Below, piece by piece: positions 9,101-17,067 of a stretch of DNA of 29,999 nt. The translations under genes and the position numbers were made by a program. The DNA lies in IMG/VR virus record IMGVR_UViG_3300016722_000081, positions 1 through 29,999 of that record; one strand, written 5' to 3'. The stretch's first letter is position 1. Each line of letters starts with the position of its first letter. The notes beneath the pieces were generated by a model that searched no databases, had not been told where the DNA came from, and saw only the letters and a program-made list of their open reading frames with translations. Source of the DNA: a virus (taxonomy: Duplodnaviria; Caudoviricetes).

Positions 9101-9160
9101 GCGAAACCGCCCACACGGGCGGTCGCCGGGGCGTGGTTGCCCCGGCCTGATGAGCAGCCA
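9101..9160 (+). ncRNA. Type II hammerhead ribozyme, copy 3 (predicted cut after C9124)
   Basis: GC-GAAA; stem III ACCGCCC/GGGCGGU; GUC; perfect stem I GCCGGGGC/GCCCCGGC; CUGAUGA (9147-9153); GC; loop UGGUU can pair with AGCCA. Confidence 0.92.
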
Positions 9161-9172
9161 AAAGGAGAAGTT

Positions 9173-9397
9173 ATGCCTCGTTTCATCCCCATGCGGGGGC
9201 GCGCTGGCTCTGTCTGCATCCGCGACACGATGCGCAATCGCCTGGTCTGCATTTTTGAACGTGACTGGCAGACCTACGGCTACCGGACCGAACGCGCGGA
9301 CGCGGCGGCGGTGCTTATGTCCGAAACCTGCGCCGAGGCCCTCAACCTCAAATATGAAGAGGCCCTGGCAAAGCAGCAAAAGGAGATCGCCCAGTGA
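9173..9397 (+). CDS. Hypothetical protein (74 aa), paralog of the next gene
   Basis: SD AAGGAG before ATG 9173; aligns by eye with 9394..9615. Confidence 0.75.
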   Translation: MPRFIPMRGRAGSVCIRDTMRNRLVCIFERDWQTYGYRTERADAAAVLMSETCAEALNLKYEEALAKQQKEIAQ

Positions 9398-9615
9398 GCG
9401 TGAAACCTCGTTTTGAAGTCGCCCGCGCCCAGCTCGGCTCGCCCATTGTGCGCGACACGCTGGACGCCCGCGCTGTGCTGGTGCTCACACGCAACCCGGA
9501 CATGCCCCGCGAGGCAGCGGACGCGGCCGCCATGAACCTGGCGCGCATCTGCACCCAGGCGCTCAACCGCGTGCATAACGAGCTGCTTCGGAAGCAGCAG
9601 GAGGGGGGCAAGTAG
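9394..9615 (+). CDS. Hypothetical protein (73 aa), paralog of the previous gene
   Basis: GTGA overlap, SD AAGGAG. Confidence 0.75.
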   Translation: MSVKPRFEVARAQLGSPIVRDTLDARAVLVLTRNPDMPREAADAAAMNLARICTQALNRVHNELLRKQQEGGK

Positions 9616-9630
9616 TTTTGCCCCGAAACC

Positions 9631-10113
9631 ATGGCAGAAAAGCGTAAAAAAATAGGGTCTGTTTTGCTCCGGTTCCGGGGCAAAACGCGCAACTTTGACG
9701 TGTTCCCCGCCGAGCAGTGGCCGGACCAGCACGGGGCGGACCTCGGGCTGTATCGGCTCTGCGAGTATGCCTGGGAGGATGGCAAACGGCGCGAGAAGTG
9801 GTTCAGCTTCGGCGGCCAAAAGTACACCTTTATCACCCCCGAAGCCATGGGGCAGCTCATCGCCAAGGGGCTGACGGAACCCGGCTGGCTGGAGGCGCTG
9901 GAGCGGCCCGCCCCGAAGTTCAAAGCCAAAGATTGGGTGCGCTGGTACGGACCGCAGCTCAGCGCCCGTCAGTTCCGGCTTCGCAGTGACCCCTTCCTGT
10001 GGGTGGACGGCCAGTGGCGAGTGCTGATTGAGGACTTGCGGCTCGGCAAGCAACTGGTGTGCTGCGATGAACTCGTACTTTTGGACCGCTTCGGCAAGGA
10101 GGTTGCCCGATGA
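9631..10113 (+). CDS. Hypothetical phage protein (160 aa)
   Basis: Coding-like composition, in operon. Confidence 0.7.
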   Translation: MAEKRKKIGSVLLRFRGKTRNFDVFPAEQWPDQHGADLGLYRLCEYAWEDGKRREKWFSFGGQKYTFITPEAMGQLIAKGLTEPGWLEALERPAPKFKAKDWVRWYGPQLSARQFRLRSDPFLWVDGQWRVLIEDLRLGKQLVCCDELVLLDRFGKEVAR

Positions 10114-10316
10114 TGTGGCGCGCACTGGTGCTTTTCGACGTGCTTTCCGTCGCCGCGTATGTCTACCGCATGTGGGGAGAAACCGCCGCCTGGGCTTCTC
10201 TCGCGGCCATGGGCGCTTTGCTTTTGCCGCTCGGCGCAATTGAGCGGCGGCTGGCCGAGATCGCCAAGGGCTTGTCCAGCGAGCCAAGCTGTGACAAAAG
10301 CTCGTTGAGCAAATGA
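10110..10316 (+). CDS. Small putative membrane protein
   Basis: Two hydrophobic segments; SD AAGGAGG; ATGA overlap. Confidence 0.6.
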   Translation: MMWRALVLFDVLSVAAYVYRMWGETAAWASLAAMGALLLPLGAIERRLAEIAKGLSSEPSCDKSSLSK

Positions 10317-10326
10317 GGAGGATGCC

Positions 10327-10656
10327 ATGTTTGTGGAAGCAATCTCTATTGGGGCAGTCGCTGGGCTGTGCATCGCCGTGGCGCGGGCTGTCCGCTGGTT
10401 TGGCCCCGTGGCGTTATTTCTCGCCGTGTCCATGCTTGGAGCTGGCCTTATGCTCGACCTGTATGACCGATTCGGCCAGGGCGACGCGGTGTATTTCGTT
10501 GCTCCGGCCGTGGTCTTCTTCGGCCTTGGCGGCCCGGCCGCTTTGGCCCTCAAGCCCTTCCCCGGCGTTAAAAACTATTCGGCCGCAGTATTCGGCGCGG
10601 CCTGTCTCTTGAGCCTCCTTGCTATTGGCAAGCTCGTGGCTCACAAGATCGGCTAG
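10327..10656 (+). CDS. Putative multi-pass membrane protein
   Basis: About four hydrophobic segments; SD GAGGAGG. Confidence 0.7.
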   Translation: MFVEAISIGAVAGLCIAVARAVRWFGPVALFLAVSMLGAGLMLDLYDRFGQGDAVYFVAPAVVFFGLGGPAALALKPFPGVKNYSAAVFGAACLLSLLAIGKLVAHKIG

Positions 10657-10710
10657 CCCCCGCCTACTGAACCCCTTCCATCTGTTCCGCCCCCATTTGC
10701 CGCCTAGGAT
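10654..10710 (+). promoter_or_regulatory. Candidate activator-dependent late promoter (Plys-like)
   Basis: 28 of the first 32 nt are identical to 19490-19521; core TACTGAACCCCTTCC; -10-like TAGGAT at 10705-10710. Confidence 0.7.
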
Positions 10711-10737
10711 AGGCGGCACGTGGGGGCGGTCTTGTTT
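10687..10737 (+). terminator. Long hairpin, probable terminator of the early/middle operon, overlapping the late promoter
   Basis: ccgccccca/tgggggcgg plus tgccgccta/taggcggca stems followed by tcttgttt. Confidence 0.55.
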
Positions 10738-10764
10738 GCCCCCTGAACCAATCAGGAGGCGAAC

Positions 10765-11223
10765 ATGGGACGCACCAACCGCCAGGGGCTGGATATCATC
10801 CAGTGCTACGAAACCCTGCGGCTCACCGCATATCTTTGCCCAGCGCGCAAGTGGACCATCGGCTGGGGCCACACCGGGCCGGATGTCTACCCCGGCCTGA
10901 CCATCACCGCAGACGAGGCCGACCGGCTGTTCCAAGCTGACCTGGAGCGCTTCGAGTCCGCCGTGGACGAGCTGCTGGCCGTCGAGGTGACGGGCAACCA
11001 GTTCAGCGCCTTGGTCTGCTTCGCCTACAACGTGGGCGAGGGTGACGACGGCCTGGCCGGTTCCACCCTGCTGCGCAAGCTGAATGCGGGCGACCTGGAC
11101 GGCGCGGCCCGCGAGTTCCCCCGCTGGAACCGCTCCAATGGCCGCGTGCTCTTAGGCCTCACTCGCCGCCGCGCCTCGGAGCGTGCCCTGTTCTGCACGC
11201 CCGGCGACGGGGAGGCCGCTTGA
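10765..11223 (+). CDS. Endolysin, GH24 phage lysozyme
   Basis: E-x8-C-x5-T triad (ETLRLTAYLCPARKWT), TIGWGHT, FAYNVG, GLTRRRASE; no N-terminal SAR segment. Confidence 0.93.
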   Translation: MGRTNRQGLDIIQCYETLRLTAYLCPARKWTIGWGHTGPDVYPGLTITADEADRLFQADLERFESAVDELLAVEVTGNQFSALVCFAYNVGEGDDGLAGSTLLRKLNAGDLDGAAREFPRWNRSNGRVLLGLTRRRASERALFCTPGDGEAA

Positions 11224-11498
11224 ACCTGCTGCGCGCCTTCAACGCCGCACCCGCCCCAACCGAGTCCCACACCGCCCTGGTGCTGGTGGCCTTCATCGTT
11301 CTGGTGCTCTTCCAGGGCTTCGCCCTGTGGAAGGGGCAGGAGTTCAGCCCAAGCGCCTTTGGCGAGGCCCTGGGCGTCGTCATGGGCGGCGGCGGCGTGG
11401 CCGCGCTGGGCCAGGGCTATCTGACGCGGGAGCGCGCGCGGGCCGGTGCCAGTGTGCGGCCCGACAACCCCGATGCGCCCGGCGCAGGAGGCATCTAA
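11220..11498 (+). CDS. Putative holin-like membrane protein
   Basis: TTG start with SD GGGGAGG; two hydrophobic segments; lies between endolysin and spanins. Confidence 0.55.
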   Translation: MNLLRAFNAAPAPTESHTALVLVAFIVLVLFQGFALWKGQEFSPSAFGEALGVVMGGGGVAALGQGYLTRERARAGASVRPDNPDAPGAGGI

Positions 11499-12118
11499 TG
11501 GACCTGACCACCCTGGCAAAGTCCCTGACATCCACCACCGAACGCAAGCTGGCCCTGGGCCTCGGCGCGGCGTTGCTCGTGCTTCTGCTCTGCCTGGCCA
11601 GCGGCTGGGGCGGCTACCGCCACGGCTACACCACGGCCACGACCGAAGGCAACGCCAAGTACGCCAAGCTCCAGAAAGCGCAGGCGGACGCCTGGGCCGA
11701 AAGCAAGGCCAAGGCGCTGGACCGCTACGTGCTGGCCACCCAGCGCGCGGACCAGTTGGCCACGGAACACCAGGCCGCCCAACTGCGCCTGGCCGAAACC
11801 CGCAACGAAATTCTGAAGGAGATACCCAATGCGACACGCGGCCTTGCTGCTTGCGCTTTTGGCCCTGACTTCCTGCGCACGTACAACCAAGCCCTCGGTC
11901 TTGGTGCCGGTGGAGTGCCAGCGCCCGCCGGTTCCGGCGGCCTTGCGGCAGACAACGCCACCGCCCGCGCCGCTGACGCCGGGGTACGCGGCGGCGCATC
12001 CGTAGAGGCAAGCCCGGCGGACCTGCTCACCCACGCGGCCGACTACGGCAAGTGGTGCTGGGACACGGCCGACCAGCGCGACAAACTGCTCAAGCTGCTG
12101 ACCGAGGAGGCCCGGTAA
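11498..12118 (+). CDS. Inner-membrane spanin (Rz-like)
   Basis: TAATG coupling; N-terminal TM LALGLGAALLVLLLCLASGWGGY followed by coiled coil; hosts an embedded lipoprotein gene. Confidence 0.8.
   Translation: MDLTTLAKSLTSTTERKLALGLGAALLVLLLCLASGWGGYRHGYTTATTEGNAKYAKLQKAQADAWAESKAKALDRYVLATQRADQLATEHQAAQLRLAETRNEILKEIPNATRGLAACAFGPDFLRTYNQALGLGAGGVPAPAGSGGLAADNATARAADAGVRGGASVEASPADLLTHAADYGKWCWDTADQRDKLLKLLTEEAR
11829..12005 (+). CDS. Embedded outer-membrane spanin lipoprotein (Rz1-like), 58 aa
   Basis: +1 frame: MRHAALLLALLALTSCARTTKPSVLVPVECQRPPVPAALRQTTPPPAPLTPGYAAAHP; lipobox LTSC, Pro-rich, SD GAAGGAG at 11815-11821. Confidence 0.85.
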   Translation: MRHAALLLALLALTSCARTTKPSVLVPVECQRPPVPAALRQTTPPPAPLTPGYAAAHP

Positions 12119-12481
12119 ATGGACTGGTGGGACAAGATTTTCAATGTGCTTTCCCTGGTGATCGTGGTCGTTCAGGGCTTGCTGTCCTGGGTGTTGTGGA
12201 GCCTGCGTAAAAAATTCGTTTCCGGCGAACACTGCGACTCGAAGTGCAAACAGCTGACGGACAAGCAAATCAAGCTCGAACAAGCCCAGGCCAAGCTTGA
12301 GCAGGTGCAGCAAGCCCTGCCGGATGCCGCCGAGGTGCAGGCCCTGCAAGTCCAGCTAACGGAGATCGAGGGCAGCATCAAAACCGTAATGGCCACGGTG
12401 CAGGGCCAGGCCGAGCTGATGCAGCGCATCGAGCGGCCGCTCAATTTGCTTTTGGAACATCACTTGCGGGGTGACAAATGA
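12119..12481 (+). CDS. DUF2730-like protein (Mu gp25 position)
   Basis: N-terminal TM plus coiled coil ending LNLLLEHHL; synteny. Confidence 0.7.
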   Translation: MDWWDKIFNVLSLVIVVVQGLLSWVLWSLRKKFVSGEHCDSKCKQLTDKQIKLEQAQAKLEQVQQALPDAAEVQALQVQLTEIEGSIKTVMATVQGQAELMQRIERPLNLLLEHHLRGDK

Positions 12482-12825
12482 ACTTTGCCAAACTTTTGTC
12501 CGAGGACCGACGCCTGGTCATCCTGCGCCTGCTCGCCTGCGCGCCGGAATACAGCTTGAACGCCTTTGTGCTGCGGCCCGGCCTGGAGGCCGTGGGCCAC
12601 GCCATGAGCGCGGACCAGCTGGCCACGGAACTGGCCTGGCTGTCCGAACAGGCCCTGGTGAACCTGGACGCCGTGGCGGATATGACCGTGGCGCATCTTA
12701 CCCCGCGCGGGGCGGACGTGGCCACCGGCCGCGCGGTGACGCCGGGCGTTAAACGGCCCGAGCCGGGCGTTAACGACATGATGAGCCTGGGCCTGAACCT
12801 CATACGCGGCAAGATGGGGGCGTAG
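12478..12825 (+). CDS. Mu gp26-like protein
   Basis: EDRRLVILRLL...LAWLSEQALV...LTPRGADVATGRA.TPGVKRP pattern; synteny. Confidence 0.8.
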   Translation: MNFAKLLSEDRRLVILRLLACAPEYSLNAFVLRPGLEAVGHAMSADQLATELAWLSEQALVNLDAVADMTVAHLTPRGADVATGRAVTPGVKRPEPGVNDMMSLGLNLIRGKMGA

Positions 12826-12828
12826 GCC

Positions 12829-13323
12829 ATGGCCCACAAGGACGAGAAGCGCCAGGCCTTGCGCCAGGCGTATGTGTTCGACCGCCTGCCGCTGGAGACT
12901 GCGGCGGACAAGGTGGACGTGCCGCACAGCACGGCGGCGCGCTGGAAGCGCCAAGCGCGGGCCACGGGCGAGGATTGGGACAAGCTGCGCGCGGCCACCC
13001 TGCTGGCGGGCGAGGGCATGGAGAACGTGGCCCGGCAGATGCTGGCCGACTACGTGGTGCAGCACAAGGCCCTGATGGACCTCATTAACACCGATGCGGC
13101 GCTGGGCGCTGCCGCCAAGGTGGATATGCTGGCCAGCCTGGCCGACAGCTTCAACAAAACCGTGGCCGCCAGCCGCAAGGTGCTGCCGGAAACCAACAAG
13201 CTGGCCACGGCCCTTTCCGTCATCAACCGCCTGTCAGATTTCATCCGTGAGCACTTCCCCCAGCACGCGGCGGCGTTTGTGGAGATACTGGAGCCGTTCG
13301 GCGACGTGCTGGCCAAGGAGTAA
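12829..13323 (+). CDS. DUF1804-like protein, probable terminase small subunit
   Basis: N-terminal HTH (TAARWK...GEDWDK), directly upstream of the large terminase. Confidence 0.78.
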   Translation: MAHKDEKRQALRQAYVFDRLPLETAADKVDVPHSTAARWKRQARATGEDWDKLRAATLLAGEGMENVARQMLADYVVQHKALMDLINTDAALGAAAKVDMLASLADSFNKTVAASRKVLPETNKLATALSVINRLSDFIREHFPQHAAAFVEILEPFGDVLAKE

Positions 13324-13326
13324 GCC

Positions 13327-14982
13327 ATGGCCAAGATTCCAGCTAAGTTCGGCACAAAGGATTTCTTGAAGGAGCTGGCCGAGCTGGCCGCCTCCCTGCG
13401 CCAGCAGATCGAGGCCGAGTGCTCCGGCTTCGCGCCGGACGCCGAGGCGTCCAAAGAGCGCAAGGCGCGGGTGCAAAACGACTTCGCGTTCTTCCGGCGC
13501 ACCTATTTCCCGCACTACACCAAGGACGGCGACAGCGTGTTGCACACCTGGCTGGACCAAACCCTGCCCAGCCTGGTGGACATGCCCGCAGGCCAGCGCC
13601 TGGGCGTGGCCGCCCCGCGCGGCGAGGCCAAGTCCACCGTTGTGGGCCTGCAATTCGTCATCTGGTGCGCCGTCACCGGGCGCAAGCGCTACATACTGGA
13701 GATTGCCGACGCCTTTGAGCAGGCCGCCGCCCAGCTGGAGGCCGTCAAAGCCGAGCTGGAGGCAAACCCGCGCCTGGCTCTGGACTTCCCCAACCACACC
13801 GGGGCGGGCCGCGTGTGGAACGCGGGCGTCATCATCACTAAGGGCAACGTGAAAATGCAGGCCTTTGGCGCGAACAAGCGCATGCGCGGCCTGCGCCACG
13901 GCCCGCACAGGCCGGACCTGGTCATCTGCGATGACCTGGAAAACGATGAGAACGTAAAGAGCCCGGAACAGCGCGACAAGCTGGAGAAGTGGCTGCGCCG
14001 CACCGTACTTTCCCTGGGCGAGGCGGGCGACACCATGGACGTGTTCGTCATCGGCACCGTGCTGCACCACGATTCCGTGCTCTCCCGCCTGCTGACCGCG
14101 CCCCTGTGGCGGCACAAGAAGTTCCGGGCCATCCTCCAATGGCCCGACCGCATGGACCTGTGGGACGCCTGGGAAGAAGCGCTCTTGAACGAGGGCGAAG
14201 GCCCGGCCCTAGCCTTCTACCAGGAGCGCGCGGCGGACATGGAACTCGGCGCCACCGTTTCCTGGCCCAGCGCCCGCCCGCTCTACAGCCTTATGACCAA
14301 GCGCGCCCGCGACGGCCACGATGCCTTTGATTCCGAGCAGCAGAACGCGCCGGGCAGCGGCGATGACGCCCCGTTCAAGGTCATCACCTTTTGGGTGGAT
14401 GTGCGGCGCGACTGGCTCTATTTCGGTGCGGTGGACCCTTCCCTGGGCAAGCTGGGCAAGAGCCGCGACCCCTCGGCCATCCTGGTGGGCGGCTGGTGCC
14501 GCGACACCATGACGCTCGACGTGGTGGAGGCCAGCATCCGCAAGCGCCTGCCCGACCGCATCATAGAGGACGTGCTGGCCATGCACGCGCAATACCGCTG
14601 CATGCTGTGGGCCGTGGAGGCCGTGCAGTTTCAGGAGTTCCTGCGCACGGAGCTGATACGCCGCGCCATGGTGCGGGGCATGGTCATACCCGCCCAGGCA
14701 GTCACGCCCATTGCGGACAAGGCCCTGCGCATCGAAAGCTTGCAGCCCTACTTCGCGCAAGGCCGCATCCGCCTGCACCCCTCGCAGAACACGCTTATTG
14801 AGCAGTTCCGCAACTTCCCCCTGGCCGACCATGACGACGGCCCGGACGCAACGCACATGCTGTGGGAGATAGCCGTGGGCGGCTTTGTGACCATGGCCTT
14901 TGACCCCGTGCCCAAGCACGGCGGCATCAACACGCGCAACCTTTGGAGCGGCACCGATGAAGACGATGACGACGATTATTGA
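13327..14982 (+). CDS. Terminase large subunit
   Basis: APRGEAKST Walker A, LVICDDLEND Walker B, nuclease motifs AVDPS and HDDGPDA. Confidence 0.93.
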   Translation: MAKIPAKFGTKDFLKELAELAASLRQQIEAECSGFAPDAEASKERKARVQNDFAFFRRTYFPHYTKDGDSVLHTWLDQTLPSLVDMPAGQRLGVAAPRGEAKSTVVGLQFVIWCAVTGRKRYILEIADAFEQAAAQLEAVKAELEANPRLALDFPNHTGAGRVWNAGVIITKGNVKMQAFGANKRMRGLRHGPHRPDLVICDDLENDENVKSPEQRDKLEKWLRRTVLSLGEAGDTMDVFVIGTVLHHDSVLSRLLTAPLWRHKKFRAILQWPDRMDLWDAWEEALLNEGEGPALAFYQERAADMELGATVSWPSARPLYSLMTKRARDGHDAFDSEQQNAPGSGDDAPFKVITFWVDVRRDWLYFGAVDPSLGKLGKSRDPSAILVGGWCRDTMTLDVVEASIRKRLPDRIIEDVLAMHAQYRCMLWAVEAVQFQEFLRTELIRRAMVRGMVIPAQAVTPIADKALRIESLQPYFAQGRIRLHPSQNTLIEQFRNFPLADHDDGPDATHMLWEIAVGGFVTMAFDPVPKHGGINTRNLWSGTDEDDDDDY

Positions 14983-16594
14983 TCGGCTGAAGGCGAGCTG
15001 GGGCGGACTGCGCAAAGGCCCGGCCGAAACGATGCAGAGCGAGGCCCTGGCCTTGCTTCGCAGCGAGTACCTGGCCAGTCTGATGGGCGGCCTGACGCCG
15101 CGCAAGCTTAACCAGATTCTGGCCAACGCGGATGCCGGGGATATTGTGGACCAGTGCCGCCTCTTTGCGGAGATTGAGGACCGGGACGAGCATATCCACG
15201 CCGAGCTTTCCAAGCGTCGCCGGGCGCTTTTGGGCCTGCAATGGAACATCGTCCCCGGCAAGGGCAAGGGCACGCCCAAGAACCCGGACAAACGCGCCGC
15301 CGCCGTGGCCGAGGCCGTGCGCGAGCAATTCGACTCCATCCCCGACTTTGAGGACATGGTCCTCGACCTGGCCGACGCCATCGGCTACGGCTTCGCGGCC
15401 CTGGAAGTTGAGTGGGGCTTTGACGGCCGCGCGCATGTGCCCGTGTGCCTGCACCACCGGCCGCAGACCTGGTTCCAGCTTTGGCCGACGCCCTTCGGCG
15501 GCGACGGCAACACCTTGCGCCTGCGCGACGGCAGCATGGAAGGCCTGCCGCTTTTGCCCCTGGGCTGGGTGCTGCACCGCCACCGCAGCAAGTCCGGCTT
15601 GCTGCCGCGCTCCGGCCTGTTCCGCGTGCTGGTGTGGACCTATCTGCTCAAGGGCTATGCCCGCGGCGACTTCGCCGAGTTCTTGGAGATTCACGGCTTG
15701 CCCCTGCGCGTGGGCACGTACCCGGCCACGGCCACCAAGGATGACAAGGCCGCCCTGAAGCGCGCCATCCAAGCCATCGGCCACGACGCGGCGGGCATCA
15801 TCCCCCAGGGCATGGTCATTGATTTCAAGGAGGCGGCCAAGGGCAGCGAGAAACCCTTTGAGGCCATGCTGAACCACTGCGAACGCGGGCAGAGCAAGGC
15901 CATTTTGGGCGGCACACTCACCAGCCAGGCGGACGGCAAGAGTAGCACCAACGCCCTAGGCAAAATCCACGACGACGTGCGCCGCGACATCATGGCCAGC
16001 GACGCCCGGCAGATAGCCAGCACCATAACCCAGCAGCTGCTCATGCCGCTTGCTGTGCTGAACGTGGGCGTTTCTGACCCGGCGCTGTTGCCCTATTTCA
16101 TGTTCGACACCTCCGACCCGGCGGACCTGACCGAATTGGCCGAGGCCCTGCCCAAACTGTCCGAGTGCATGCGCATCCCCGAGGCCTGGGCGCACGAAAA
16201 GGCGGGCATCCCCCTGCCCGAGGGCGACGAACCCATACTGCGCCCGAACCAGGGCCAGGCGCAAAACACGGGCACAAAGCCTCCGTTAACGCCGCCCGCC
16301 GCCACCGCCGCGTTAACGGCTGGTGAAGACGGCCCGGCGCGCTTCCCCGACCAGGACGCCCTGGACGCGGCCAACGTGCCGGAAGCCACGCTGCAACGCA
16401 TCATGGAGCAACTGACGGGCAGCCTGGTGGCGGAGCTGAAGGACGGCAAGACGCCGGACGAGCTGCTGGCCGCGCTGGCCAGCCACTACCCGCGCATGGA
16501 GACCCGCGACATGGAGGAGCTGCTGGCCCGCGCCATGTTCGTGTCCGAGGTGTGGGGCCGCGTGTCGGCGCAGGACGAAGGACAGGAGGGATAG
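14957..16594 (+). CDS. Portal protein (Mu gp29 / DUF935)
   Basis: DAIGYGFAALEVEW, FLEIHGLPLRVGTY, SKAILGGTLTS. Start at 14957 (GGAG upstream) or 14966. Confidence 0.92.
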   Translation: MKTMTTIIDRLKASWGGLRKGPAETMQSEALALLRSEYLASLMGGLTPRKLNQILANADAGDIVDQCRLFAEIEDRDEHIHAELSKRRRALLGLQWNIVPGKGKGTPKNPDKRAAAVAEAVREQFDSIPDFEDMVLDLADAIGYGFAALEVEWGFDGRAHVPVCLHHRPQTWFQLWPTPFGGDGNTLRLRDGSMEGLPLLPLGWVLHRHRSKSGLLPRSGLFRVLVWTYLLKGYARGDFAEFLEIHGLPLRVGTYPATATKDDKAALKRAIQAIGHDAAGIIPQGMVIDFKEAAKGSEKPFEAMLNHCERGQSKAILGGTLTSQADGKSSTNALGKIHDDVRRDIMASDARQIASTITQQLLMPLAVLNVGVSDPALLPYFMFDTSDPADLTELAEALPKLSECMRIPEAWAHEKAGIPLPEGDEPILRPNQGQAQNTGTKPPLTPPAATAALTAGEDGPARFPDQDALDAANVPEATLQRIMEQLTGSLVAELKDGKTPDELLAALASHYPRMETRDMEELLARAMFVSEVWGRVSAQDEGQEG

Positions 16595-16597
16595 CCC

Positions 16598-16807
16598 ATG
16601 CCCACGTACTGGTACAACCTCGAGTTTTTACCTCGTCTCTTTTCTTGCTTTGACAGCGGGGTGCAGCAGGGAGTCCTGCGCGCTGGCTTTACTTGCGTGC
16701 AGATAGGCGAGAGCCAAGACATGAACGTGCTGGCGAACGAACTGTATGAGGTAATTTGGGCACGTGCCCTGCGAAGATCGCCAAAGGGCGGGGAGGGGCG
16801 GCCATGA
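16598..16807 (+). CDS. Hypothetical protein inserted between portal and MuF
   Basis: SD AGGAGG; more AT-rich than flanking genes. Confidence 0.55.
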   Translation: MPTYWYNLEFLPRLFSCFDSGVQQGVLRAGFTCVQIGESQDMNVLANELYEVIWARALRRSPKGGEGRP

Positions 16808-17064
16808 AGCTAGAGCTTGAAGACCTCACCAAAGATGAATTGCTCCGCGTGATTCGGAAATTCGCATGGTTTCGGGCAAGTCCACGGGACATGCTGTTCA
16901 TCCGTTGGGAAACCTTAAGCGAGAAGATGCAAGCGCTGCTCGGCGAGAGCATAAAAGCGGGCGAGGCCGGAGATTGGCAGCTCGCCGATAAGCGGTACGC
17001 CGAGTCCGAGAAGGTGAGTAAAAAGGCCGAGGCCGTGTGGGCCGCCTACATGGGGCAGGAGTAG
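16804..17064 (+). CDS. Hypothetical protein (86 aa) inserted between portal and MuF
   Basis: ATGA overlap, SD GGGGAGG; MKLELEDLTKDELL... Confidence 0.7.
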   Translation: MKLELEDLTKDELLRVIRKFAWFRASPRDMLFIRWETLSEKMQALLGESIKAGEAGDWQLADKRYAESEKVSKKAEAVWAAYMGQE

Positions 17065-17067
17065 CCC

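Noticed and set aside
7852-9160. The three repeats as a CRISPR array or simple terminators
   Set aside because: They are separated by whole genes at irregular distances, there are no cas genes and no U-tracts, and the hammerhead core explains the conservation.
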